Source: Chthoniobacterales bacterium (GTDB lineage: Bacteria > Verrucomicrobiota > Verrucomicrobiia > Chthoniobacterales > Chthoniobacteraceae). From it: a stretch of DNA of 64,000 nucleotides. The DNA lies in contig JBBQZX010000005.1 in NCBI GenBank assembly GCA_038207335.1, forward strand, positions 162,439-226,438, written 5' to 3'. The notes below the pieces were generated by a model. It had not been told where the DNA came from, ran no database searches, and saw only the letters and a program-made list of their open reading frames with translations. Of the stretch, positions 55,668-64,000 are shown one piece after another. The stretch's first letter is position 1, and each line of letters begins with the position of its first letter. The position numbers and the translations under genes were made by a program.

Positions 55668-56747
55668 ATGACTCCCATGGAAGACCTTCTGCGCCTCGCG
55701 ATCGATGAGCGCGCGTCCGATTTGCACTTCTCCGTCGGCTCGCCGCCGGCGCTGCGGCTGCGCGGCGACCTCATCAAGCTCGACCTCGCGCCGCTCACGC
55801 CGGAGGACACCGAAGCGCTCGCGCGCTCGATCACGAGCGACACGAATTTGCAGCGCGTCAATGAGGACGGCAGCGTCGATTTCGGCTTCACGTTTCGCGG
55901 GAATAATCGCTTTCGCGTCAGCGTTTATCGGCAGAAAGGGCACATGGGGATCGCGCTGCGACTTGTCCCGCAGGCGCTCATGTCGCTCGAGGAAATCGGG
56001 TTTCCGCCGGCTGTGCGCGAGTTGCTCAGCCTGCCGCGCGGGCTGGTGCTCGTGACCGGGCCGACCGGCTCGGGAAAGACGACGACGCTGGCGTCGATGC
56101 TCGATGTCATCAATTCGACGACGCAGGGGCACATCATCACGATCGAAGACCCGATCGAATATTTTCACGAGCACCGCCGCGGGATGATCAATCAGCGCGA
56201 GGTCGGCGTCGATGTGCCGAATTTCGCCGAGGGCCTCCGACGGGCTCTGCGACAGGATCCCGACGTGATCCTCGTCGGAGAGATGCGCGATTTGGAGACG
56301 ATGGAAACCGCGATTACGGCTGCCGAAACCGGTCATCTCGTTTTCTCCACACTGCACACGACAGGCGCGTCGCGAACCGTGGATCGGATCGTCGATGCGT
56401 TCCCGTCGGACTCGAAAGAGATGATTCGCACGCAGCTCGCGGGAAATTTGAAGGCGGTGATTTCGCAGCTTTTGATCCCGCGGCTCGATGGGAAAGGGCG
56501 AGTCGCGGCGTTTGAGATCATGATCAACACGCCGTCGATTGCCGCACTCATCCGCGACAACAAGACGTTCCGCATTTCAAACGACATCCTGACTGGCAGC
56601 AAATACGGCATGGTCTCGCTCGAATCGTCGCTCGCGAACCTCTACCTCGCCGGACTCATCAGCCACGATCAGGTCACTTCCAAAGCTCAAGATCCCGCCG
56701 CCGCGATTCAGCTCATCGGCGGTCAGCAGCCGCGGAAAGCGCGTTGA
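55668..56747 (+). CDS. pilT: Type IV pilus retraction ATPase
   Basis: [32 protein letters not shown] and IAALIRD motifs. Confidence 0.93.
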   Translation: MTPMEDLLRLAIDERASDLHFSVGSPPALRLRGDLIKLDLAPLTPEDTEALARSITSDTNLQRVNEDGSVDFGFTFRGNNRFRVSVYRQKGHMGIALRLVPQALMSLEEIGFPPAVRELLSLPRGLVLVTGPTGSGKTTTLASMLDVINSTTQGHIITIEDPIEYFHEHRRGMINQREVGVDVPNFAEGLRRALRQDPDVILVGEMRDLETMETAITAAETGHLVFSTLHTTGASRTVDRIVDAFPSDSKEMIRTQLAGNLKAVISQLLIPRLDGKGRVAAFEIMINTPSIAALIRDNKTFRISNDILTGSKYGMVSLESSLANLYLAGLISHDQVTSKAQDPAAAIQLIGGQQPRKAR

Positions 56748-56749
56748 GT

Positions 56750-56952
56750 AAACCGCTCTAAACCTCCGAAAGCGCAACGAACTCGCGCGCGGCTTCCCAA
56801 TCGAGTTTCGCTTAGCGCAAATCGATGACTGCTGGCGCGTGCAAGTCGAGGCCGAGGGCTTTGCTACGTTCGCAGATCTGCGCCCGTGGGGTGATGACTT
56901 CCTGCGGCGCATCGTGCTCGTCGATGACGATTTTTCTCTGAATCGCGATCAT
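56750..56952 (-). pseudogene. Degenerate small antitoxin-like gene
   Basis: MIAIQRKIVIDEHDAPQEVI resembles the D..G.P..V.I start of small type II antitoxins; premature TAA at 56812. Confidence 0.4.
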
Positions 56953-57065
56953 ATCGCGACAGTAGCTCCCGCGGCCTCGCAACTTCAGGAATCTCACCGC
57001 TGGCATTGGCGCGTGCGACGATGTAAATCCGACGCCAGCTTCAGCGCGTCCTCCTTTCCCCAAAC

Positions 57066-58748
57066 ATGAACACCAAGCAAGTCCTCGAGATTTTTCACGA
57101 ACAAGGCATTATTGCCGAAGATCAAATCGAAGAACTCCAGCAGGAAACGCAGCTCACGGGCAAGAGCCTCTGCGACTCGATGCGCGACAATGGCATCGTC
57201 ACGGAGGATGAGTTTTACCAGACCATCGCGGATTCGCTCGGGCTCGATTACGTGAATCTCAGCGGCTTCGAGCCGCCGCCGGAGGTGCTCCGGCTCATCC
57301 AGGCGGGGCTCGGTGTCTTGCACCATGCGATCCCGCTCGGGCTCGATGGAAATACGATCCAAGTCGCGCTCGGCGACCCGCTGAATGCGCAGACCGCGGA
57401 GGATTTGCGCTTTGCTCTCGGGCGCGAAATCCAAGTCGTCGTCGCGCCGACATACCAGATCGATGAACTCGTAAAGAAGCACTACGGCACCGACATGGCG
57501 AGCATGGATGAGATCCTCGCGCAGCTCGGCGGCGACGTGGAATTTGGCGGGCCCGGCGCGCTCGATGGGAAAAATCTGGAGGCCGAGGCGAACTCCACGC
57601 CGATCATCCGATACGTCGATCTCATCATGTATCAGGCGATTCAGGATCGCGCGTCGGACATCCATTTTGAGCCGTTCGAGAGCGAGTTCAAAATCCGGTA
57701 TCGCGTGGATGGTGCGCTGTACGAGATGTCGCCGCCGCCGAGGCATCTCGCGCTTCCGGTGGTTTCGCGGGTGAAGGTCATGGCGAATCTCAACATCGCC
57801 GAGCGCCGCCTTCCGCAGGATGGGCGCATTCAGAAAAACATCGCAGGGCGGCAGGTCGATCTTCGCGTCTCCACGCTGCCAACGCAATTCGGCGAGAGCG
57901 TCGTAATGCGCGTGCTCGATCGCTCGACGGTAAATCTCAATCTCGATGCGCTCGGGATGCCGCCGAACATCCACAACTACATCCTCGACACGATCCAAAA
58001 GCCGAACGGCATTTTCATCGTCACGGGTCCGACCGGCTCGGGAAAGACGACAACGCTTTACGCCGCGCTGAACGAGATCAACACGATCGACTCAAAAGTC
58101 CTCACCGCCGAAGACCCGGTCGAATACGACATCGAGGGGATTGTGCAGGTGCCGGTGAATGACGCGATCGGCCTCAGTTTTGCACGCGTGCTGCGTGCCT
58201 TTCTCCGGCAGGATCCGGACCGCATCATGGTGGGAGAAACGCGCGACATCGAGACGGCGCAAATCGCGATCCAGGCGTCGCTCACCGGCCACTTGGTTTT
58301 TACGACGCTCCACACGAACGACGCGCCGGGTGCTGTCACGCGGCTCGTCGATATGGGCGTCGAGCCGTTCCTGCTTTCGGCCTCGCTCGAGGGTGTGCTC
58401 GGGCAGCGGCTCATTCGGAAAATCTGTCCCGGCTGCCGCGCGGAGTATGAGCCGAGCGAGGCGATTCTCGCGCAGCTCGGGCTGTCGCCGCACGAGATCG
58501 GCGACAAGCATTTCTTTTATGGAAAAGGCTGCGACGCGTGCAACAACACCGGCTACAAAGGCCGCAAAGGCATCTACGAACTCCTCGACGTCACCGACCC
58601 GATCCGCGAGCTGATCAATGAGCGCGCGCCGGGCGTGGTGCTGAAACAAAAAGCGATCGAGCTCGGAATGACGACACTACGCGACGACGGGATGCGGAGT
58701 ATCTACGACGGCGAGACGACAATCGAGGAAGTGTTGAAATACACGTAA
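57066..58748 (+). CDS. pilB: GspE/PilB assembly ATPase (paralogue 2)
   Basis: [22 protein letters not shown] and CPGC/CDAC motifs. Confidence 0.92.
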   Translation: MNTKQVLEIFHEQGIIAEDQIEELQQETQLTGKSLCDSMRDNGIVTEDEFYQTIADSLGLDYVNLSGFEPPPEVLRLIQAGLGVLHHAIPLGLDGNTIQVALGDPLNAQTAEDLRFALGREIQVVVAPTYQIDELVKKHYGTDMASMDEILAQLGGDVEFGGPGALDGKNLEAEANSTPIIRYVDLIMYQAIQDRASDIHFEPFESEFKIRYRVDGALYEMSPPPRHLALPVVSRVKVMANLNIAERRLPQDGRIQKNIAGRQVDLRVSTLPTQFGESVVMRVLDRSTVNLNLDALGMPPNIHNYILDTIQKPNGIFIVTGPTGSGKTTTLYAALNEINTIDSKVLTAEDPVEYDIEGIVQVPVNDAIGLSFARVLRAFLRQDPDRIMVGETRDIETAQIAIQASLTGHLVFTTLHTNDAPGAVTRLVDMGVEPFLLSASLEGVLGQRLIRKICPGCRAEYEPSEAILAQLGLSPHEIGDKHFFYGKGCDACNNTGYKGRKGIYELLDVTDPIRELINERAPGVVLKQKAIELGMTTLRDDGMRSIYDGETTIEEVLKYT

Positions 58749-58941
58749 CGAGTCCGCAAAGGCGTTTGCGAGAAACGCGGGTGCGGCGTTGACCGGAGAG
58801 CGCGTGGGAGTCTGAGCACGACGACGAATGGCGCACGTGCGATCCCGCAGAATTCGTCCGCCTTTTTCCCTAAAACCAACTCGACAAAACGTCCCGCCGG
58901 GCCTACGAATTTTCATCGTCTCTCGAGCAGACACTCCCCTT

Positions 58942-60234
58942 ATGGCCAAATACGAATACACAGCGCTCGATGCGCGAGGTCAGGAATCCACGGGCGTCAT
59001 TGACGCCGCCAATTCACAGGAGGCGAGCGTGCAGTTGCGACAGGCGGGCTACTTCACGACGAGCCTCGTGGAAGCGGGCAAGGGGACGCCGGTGAAGGCG
59101 GGCAAGAAAGCGCAGAAAGCGATGAAGGCGGCGTCGGCGCCAAAGGCGAAATCCGGCGGGATCGTGCTTTTCAAAAAAAAGACCGTGAAGAGCAAGACGC
59201 TGATGATTTTCACCCGGCAGCTCGCGACGCTGATCGATGCCGGGCTCCCGCTACTGCGCGGGCTCACGGTGCTCGCAAAGCAGGAGAAAGATTTGGTCCT
59301 GCGCAACACGATCAATCAGCTCGCCGATGCGGTGCAGGGCGGCAGCACATTTTCGGAGTCGATGGGTCAGCACCCACGGATTTTCAACAAGCTCTATGTG
59401 AACATGGTGAAGGCGGGCGAACTCGGCGGCGTGCTCGAGCTCGTGCTTAACCGGCTCGCGGAGTTTCAGGAAAAGGCGCAGAAGATCAAAAACAAAGTCG
59501 TCGCGGCGATGGCGTATCCGGTCATCGTGCTGTGCATAGCACTGGCGATCATGTTGTTCCTGCTGGCGTTCATCGTTCCGAAGTTCGAGCAGATTTTCAA
59601 AGACATGCTCGGCGACAAGCCGCTGCCGGCGATCACGCAGTTCGTCATCGCGGCCAGCAATATCATTAAGGGGAACTGGTATTTTCTAATCGCCGGGGTC
59701 GTCCTGATCGTCGTCGTCTATCGGATGATCGTGCGGACTGAAGGCGGCCGGCAAAGCGTGGATACCTTGATGTTGAAAATGCCGCTCTTCGGCGACCTTT
59801 CTCGAAAAAACTCAATCTCTCGGTTCAGCCGCACGCTCGGGACGCTGGTCACCAGCGGCGTGCCGATCCTTCAGGCGCTGAACATCACGCGAGATACTGC
59901 GGGCAATGCGGTCGTAGCGGAGGCCGTCACGAAAGTGCATGACGCCGTGAAGGAAGGTGAGTCGATCGTGCAGCCGCTGGAGGCGAGTGGTGTCTTTCCG
60001 CCGATGGTGATCTCGATGGTCGATGTCGGCGAGGAAACCGGACAGCTCCCGGAGATGCTTTTGAAGATCGCGGAAGTCTATGACGACGAGGTCGATAACG
60101 CAGTCGAGGGTCTGACTTCGCTGCTGGAGCCGATCATGATCGTGCTGCTCGCGGTGATCGTCGGGACGATCGTCATCGCGCTCTTCATGCCGCTCATCAG
60201 CATCATTCAGGGGATGCAAGGGGCGAATGGCTAA
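58942..60234 (+). CDS. pilC: Type II secretion F / PilC platform protein
   Basis: FTRQLATLIDAGLPL, AGELGG, YP and GEETGQL...LLEP motifs. Confidence 0.94.
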   Translation: MAKYEYTALDARGQESTGVIDAANSQEASVQLRQAGYFTTSLVEAGKGTPVKAGKKAQKAMKAASAPKAKSGGIVLFKKKTVKSKTLMIFTRQLATLIDAGLPLLRGLTVLAKQEKDLVLRNTINQLADAVQGGSTFSESMGQHPRIFNKLYVNMVKAGELGGVLELVLNRLAEFQEKAQKIKNKVVAAMAYPVIVLCIALAIMLFLLAFIVPKFEQIFKDMLGDKPLPAITQFVIAASNIIKGNWYFLIAGVVLIVVVYRMIVRTEGGRQSVDTLMLKMPLFGDLSRKNSISRFSRTLGTLVTSGVPILQALNITRDTAGNAVVAEAVTKVHDAVKEGESIVQPLEASGVFPPMVISMVDVGEETGQLPEMLLKIAEVYDDEVDNAVEGLTSLLEPIMIVLLAVIVGTIVIALFMPLISIIQGMQGANG

Positions 60235-60261
60235 ACCCGAAAAGACGGCTACATTTTCCCG

Positions 60262-60942
60262 ATGAAGACACACGCCCCCCGCGCCGGATTCACGCTCGTC
60301 GAAATGCTCACGGTCATGGCGGTCATCGTCATCCTTGCGTCGCTGGTGCTGGCGGTGAATGGGTCCGCGCAGCGTAAAGCGGCGGTGCTGCGGGCGCAGG
60401 GGGAGATCAAGGCTTTCGAGCAGGCGATCGGAAATTATTCCGCGGATAACAACGGGACGGTTCCGCGAAAGGAAGGCGTGACCGAGCCTACTGCCGATGG
60501 GGATACGGCCTACCTCGAGCCGCGGCTCGACGCAATCCCAACGACTCAAAAGTACAAGGACGCAAATTTGGTGCTGTACAAGGCCCTCAGCGGCGACGAC
60601 AACCTGAATTTCCGCTCCTCCAGCAAGGCATATTTTGAGTTCAAGCCGAACCAACTCAAGACAAAGATGGACAAGGGAGTGATCACCGAGGTGCAGTACA
60701 TGCAGGATCCGTGGGGGAACGCCTACGGCTACTCGACCTCCGGGATGCTTCAGGAAGAAGCCTATCGCGAAGAACTGCGAAAAGACGCAACGGCTAAGCG
60801 CCCGACAAACACGAAGCTCCACGGCTACAATCCCACCCCGGACATCTGGAGCACCGGCGGTTCTCTCTCGGCGACGAAAGGAACGGGCACTACATCCGGG
60901 GAATTCCGCGACCAGCCGAAGTGGGTGAAAAACTGGCGTTGA
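60262..60942 (+). CDS. Prepilin / GspG-like pseudopilin
   Basis: G-FTLVEML cleavage/methylation site; DPWGNAY. Confidence 0.9.
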   Translation: MKTHAPRAGFTLVEMLTVMAVIVILASLVLAVNGSAQRKAAVLRAQGEIKAFEQAIGNYSADNNGTVPRKEGVTEPTADGDTAYLEPRLDAIPTTQKYKDANLVLYKALSGDDNLNFRSSSKAYFEFKPNQLKTKMDKGVITEVQYMQDPWGNAYGYSTSGMLQEEAYREELRKDATAKRPTNTKLHGYNPTPDIWSTGGSLSATKGTGTTSGEFRDQPKWVKNWR

Positions 60943-61078
60943 GCGTCGGGTAAGATGGGTGGCCTGTCCGCCGGCTTGGCACCCTGCTCAAACGGTCTTC
61001 CGATTCCCGAACCGCGCGTCCAAGTGTGGACGAACCGCGCCACCGCCGATTTATTCAACGGCTCCGATTCACTCCGCC

Positions 61079-64000
61079 ATGCGCATCCTCGCCCTGCTCC
61101 TCCTTCTCGCCGTCGCAGCTCGCGCCGACGAATCCGCCCTCATCGCCAATGCCCGCCAGCTCACCTTCGATGGCAAGCGCAGCGGCGAGGGTTACTTCGC
61201 GCCCGACGGCAATCTCCTCATCTTCCAGAGCGAGCGCGACCCCGCGAATCCCTTCTACCAAATGTTCCTGCTCGACCTCCTCTCGGGCGAAACCGCGCGC
61301 GTCTCGCCCGGCACCGGCAAGACCACCTGCGGCTTCTTCCATCCCGGCACGTCGCGCGTCCTCTTCGCCAGCACGCACCTCGACCCCGAAGCCGCGGCGA
61401 AGCAGAAAGCCGAGCTCGATTTCCGCGCCAGCGGCAAGACCCGCCGCTACTCGTGGGACTACGACCCCGCGATGGACATCTTCACCGCAAATGAAGACGG
61501 CACCCAGCTCCAGCGCCTCACCGACGCCCGCGGCTACGACGCCGAGTGCGCCTTTTCCCCCGATGGGAAAAAGATCGTCTTCACCAGCAACCGCACCGCC
61601 TACGACCACGAGCTGAGCGCCGAGGAAAAGTCGCGCCTCGAGAAAGACCCCGCGTGGTTCGGCGACATCTACACCATGAACGCCGACGGCACCGGCCAGA
61701 CGCGCCTCACCACCTCGCCCGGCTACGACGGCGGCCCCTTCTTTTCGCCAGATGGGCAGCGCATCGTCTGGCGGCGCTTCGACGCGAGCGGGCTGAATGC
61801 GGACGTCTTCACGATGGCCCTCGACGGTTCCGATGTGCGGCGCATCACCGACTTCCACTCCATGTCGTGGGCGCCCTTTTTCCACCCCAGCGGCGACTAC
61901 ATCATCTTCACCAGCAACAAGCTCGGCTTCGACAATTTCGAGCTCTACCTCGTCGATGCGAAAGGCGAGCGCGAGCCCGTCCGCGTCACCTTCACCGACG
62001 GCTTCGACGGCCTCCCCACCTTCTCGCCCGATGGCAAAAAGCTCTGCTGGACCGCATCCCGCACCGCCGACAAAAAGGCGCAACTCTTCCTCGCCGACTG
62101 GAATCATCCCGCCGCCCTCGTCGCGCTCGACGCCTCGCCCAAGCGCGAGCGCACCGCCGACGAGAAAAAAGACGACGCCGCGAAAGCCGCGGAGCTCGAG
62201 CAGAAAGCCGTAGCTATCGAGAACGCCAATTCGCCGCTCCCGATCAAGGCCCCGAAAGACGCTCCCGCGAGCGCGAATGTAAGGCAGCGTCGGCGGCTGA
62301 CTGCGTCTCCGGAGGCCGTGCCCTATGCTTTCGATCTCCGACCGGACATCACGGCTGAGGATTTGAAAAATGAAGTCACCTGGTTCGCCAACCCCCTCCG
62401 CGAAGGCCGCATGACCGGCAGCCCCGGAGCCCGCGCCAGCGCCGACTGTCTCGCCGCGTATTTCAAAAGCATCGGACTCGAGCCGGTGAGTGGCAGCTAC
62501 TTTGAGCCGTTCGAATTCGACGCGGGCGTGAAACTTCTAGCAGACAAAAACCAACTCGTCATCGGTGCGCAGTCGAGTCCGGAGGCGGAGGTTTCGCAGT
62601 CTCGCTTCTTCGACGGCACACCGTTCACCGTGGACACGGACTTCCGTCCCCTCAGCTTCTCAGACAACGGAAATTTCGGCGGCGAAGTCGTCTTCGCGGG
62701 GTATGGACTCAGCGTCCCCGAGGACCACGGCGGCGCGAGCTACAACAGCTACGACGGCCTCGACGTCACCGGCAAAATCGTCCTCATCCTCCGCTACGTC
62801 CCCGAGGGCGTGGACCCGAAACGCCGCGCGCAGCTCAACCGCTACGCCGGCCTCCGTTACAAGGCCATGATGGCCCGCGAACGCGGCGCAAAAGCCGTCC
62901 TTTTCGTCTCGGGTCCAAACTCGCCGGAAGCCGGCAAACTCATCCCGCTCACCGGCGACGGCACCCTCTCCGGCAGTGGCATCCTCGCCGCCTCCATCAC
63001 CGACAAAATCGCCGAAGACCTCCTCGCTCCCGGCGGCAAAAACCTCAAAGCCCTCCAAACCGCGCTAGATATCGAAAGCCCGCACGCCGAGGGCGGCTTC
63101 CTTTTACCCAAAGTCCGCGTCTCTCTTGAAACCGGCGTCGAGCACCTCAAACAAACCGGCCGCAACGTCCTCGCCTACATCCCGCCCGGCGCGCAAAAAA
63201 CCGACGACTCCGAAATCATCGTCGTCGGCGCGCACTACGACCACCTCGGACATGGCAACAACTCGTCTTCCATGGCCCACAGCGGCGAGGAAAATCTCAT
63301 CCACCCCGGCGCCGACGACAACGCCTCCGGAGTCGCCGCCGTCATGGAACTCGCCGCGTCACTTTCGCAAGAACGCGCCGAGCACCCCGAGCGTTTCCCG
63401 CGCGGGATCCTCTTCGCGTGCTGGTCGGGCGAAGAAATCGGCCTCATCGGCTCCGCGGCATTTTGTGAGAAGCCGCCCGTGCCACTCGGGCGCGTCGCGG
63501 CCTACATCAATTTCGACATGATCGGTCGCCTGCGCGACAACCGCCTCACGTTGCAAGGCGTCGGCAGTTCCAGCGTCTGGCGCAAGCTCATCGAGAAACG
63601 CAACGTCGCCGCCGGCTTCAATCTCGCGCTGCAGGACGACCCCTACCTGCCCACCGACACCACGAGCTTTTACCCAAAACGCGTCCCCGTCCTGAACTTC
63701 TTCACCGGCGCGCACGAGGATTACCACCGCCCGACCGACACCGCCGACAAACTCGACTACCCCGGCACCGAGCGGATCGCGAAATTCGCGCGCGCCTTGG
63801 TCGAAGACCTCGCCGCCCTCCCTGTCCGTCCCGACCTCGCGCGGGTGGAAAAGCGCGACGAAGGCGGCGGCTCGCGCGAGACGCTCCGCGCGTATCTCGG
63901 CACCATCCCCGACTACACGACCGAAGTAAAAGGGGTGAAACTCAGCGGCGTCCGCGGCGGCAGCCCGGCGGAAAAGGGCGGCTTGCAAGGCGGCGACGTG
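61079..64000 (+). CDS. Secreted TolB/PD40 propeller + PA + M28 peptidase + PDZ protein, 3' end outside the window
   Basis: Manual translation, same frame at start and window end: GEGYFAPDG, GYDGGPFFSPDG, VFAGYG, GAHYDHLG, GADDNASG, GEEIG, YHRPTD and GSPAEKGGLQGGDV. Confidence 0.92.
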   Translation, partial: MRILALLLLLAVAARADESALIANARQLTFDGKRSGEGYFAPDGNLLIFQSERDPANPFYQMFLLDLLSGETARVSPGTGKTTCGFFHPGTSRVLFASTHLDPEAAAKQKAELDFRASGKTRRYSWDYDPAMDIFTANEDGTQLQRLTDARGYDAECAFSPDGKKIVFTSNRTAYDHELSAEEKSRLEKDPAWFGDIYTMNADGTGQTRLTTSPGYDGGPFFSPDGQRIVWRRFDASGLNADVFTMALDGSDVRRITDFHSMSWAPFFHPSGDYIIFTSNKLGFDNFELYLVDAKGEREPVRVTFTDGFDGLPTFSPDGKKLCWTASRTADKKAQLFLADWNHPAALVALDASPKRERTADEKKDDAAKAAELEQKAVAIENANSPLPIKAPKDAPASANVRQRRRLTASPEAVPYAFDLRPDITAEDLKNEVTWFANPLREGRMTGSPGARASADCLAAYFKSIGLEPVSGSYFEPFEFDAGVKLLADKNQLVIGAQSSPEAEVSQSRFFDGTPFTVDTDFRPLSFSDNGNFGGEVVFAGYGLSVPEDHGGASYNSYDGLDVTGKIVLILRYVPEGVDPKRRAQLNRYAGLRYKAMMARERGAKAVLFVSGPNSPEAGKLIPLTGDGTLSGSGILAASITDKIAEDLLAPGGKNLKALQTALDIESPHAEGGFLLPKVRVSLETGVEHLKQTGRNVLAYIPPGAQKTDDSEIIVVGAHYDHLGHGNNSSSMAHSGEENLIHPGADDNASGVAAVMELAASLSQERAEHPERFPRGILFACWSGEEIGLIGSAAFCEKPPVPLGRVAAYINFDMIGRLRDNRLTLQGVGSSSVWRKLIEKRNVAAGFNLALQDDPYLPTDTTSFYPKRVPVLNFFTGAHEDYHRPTDTADKLDYPGTERIAKFARALVEDLAALPVRPDLARVEKRDEGGGSRETLRAYLGTIPDYTTEVKGVKLSGVRGGSPAEKGGLQGGDV

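Overview
GC-rich bacterial DNA. The gene content (PEP-CTERM protein with autotransporter-type strands, DUF1501 plus DUF1549/DUF1553 cytochrome pair, two PilB paralogues) points to the PVC superphylum, most likely Verrucomicrobiota; this is an inference. About 50 mostly intact genes are present: argC-argJ-argB, a GMC oxidoreductase pair, ppnP, trxA, an ECF sigma/anti-sigma pair, a pentaheme cytochrome c, a TatD-like hydrolase, mazG, a GH57 branching enzyme, a vWA-MoxR-DUF58 operon, thymidine phosphorylase, ispF, apt, a type IV pilus/T2SS cluster and a TolB-M28-PDZ peptidase that runs off the end. No tRNA, rRNA or CRISPR array was seen. The most unusual parts are: (1) a decaying locus at 3.5-5.4 kb with a TIR-domain gene, a trypsin-like protease and an HUH transposase remnant; (2) a 998-aa gene carrying a 21-bp tandem array, a REP-like palindrome and heptamer repeats in frame; (3) a two-component/PEP-CTERM/GH5 block bracketed by related palindromic elements; (4) a signal-peptide-bearing PD-(D/E)XK nuclease-like gene coupled to thymidine phosphorylase next to the pilus genes; (5) a Pro-rich protein with repeated T-x-R/K-I/L motifs. 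All family calls come from reading motifs by eye, not from database searches.
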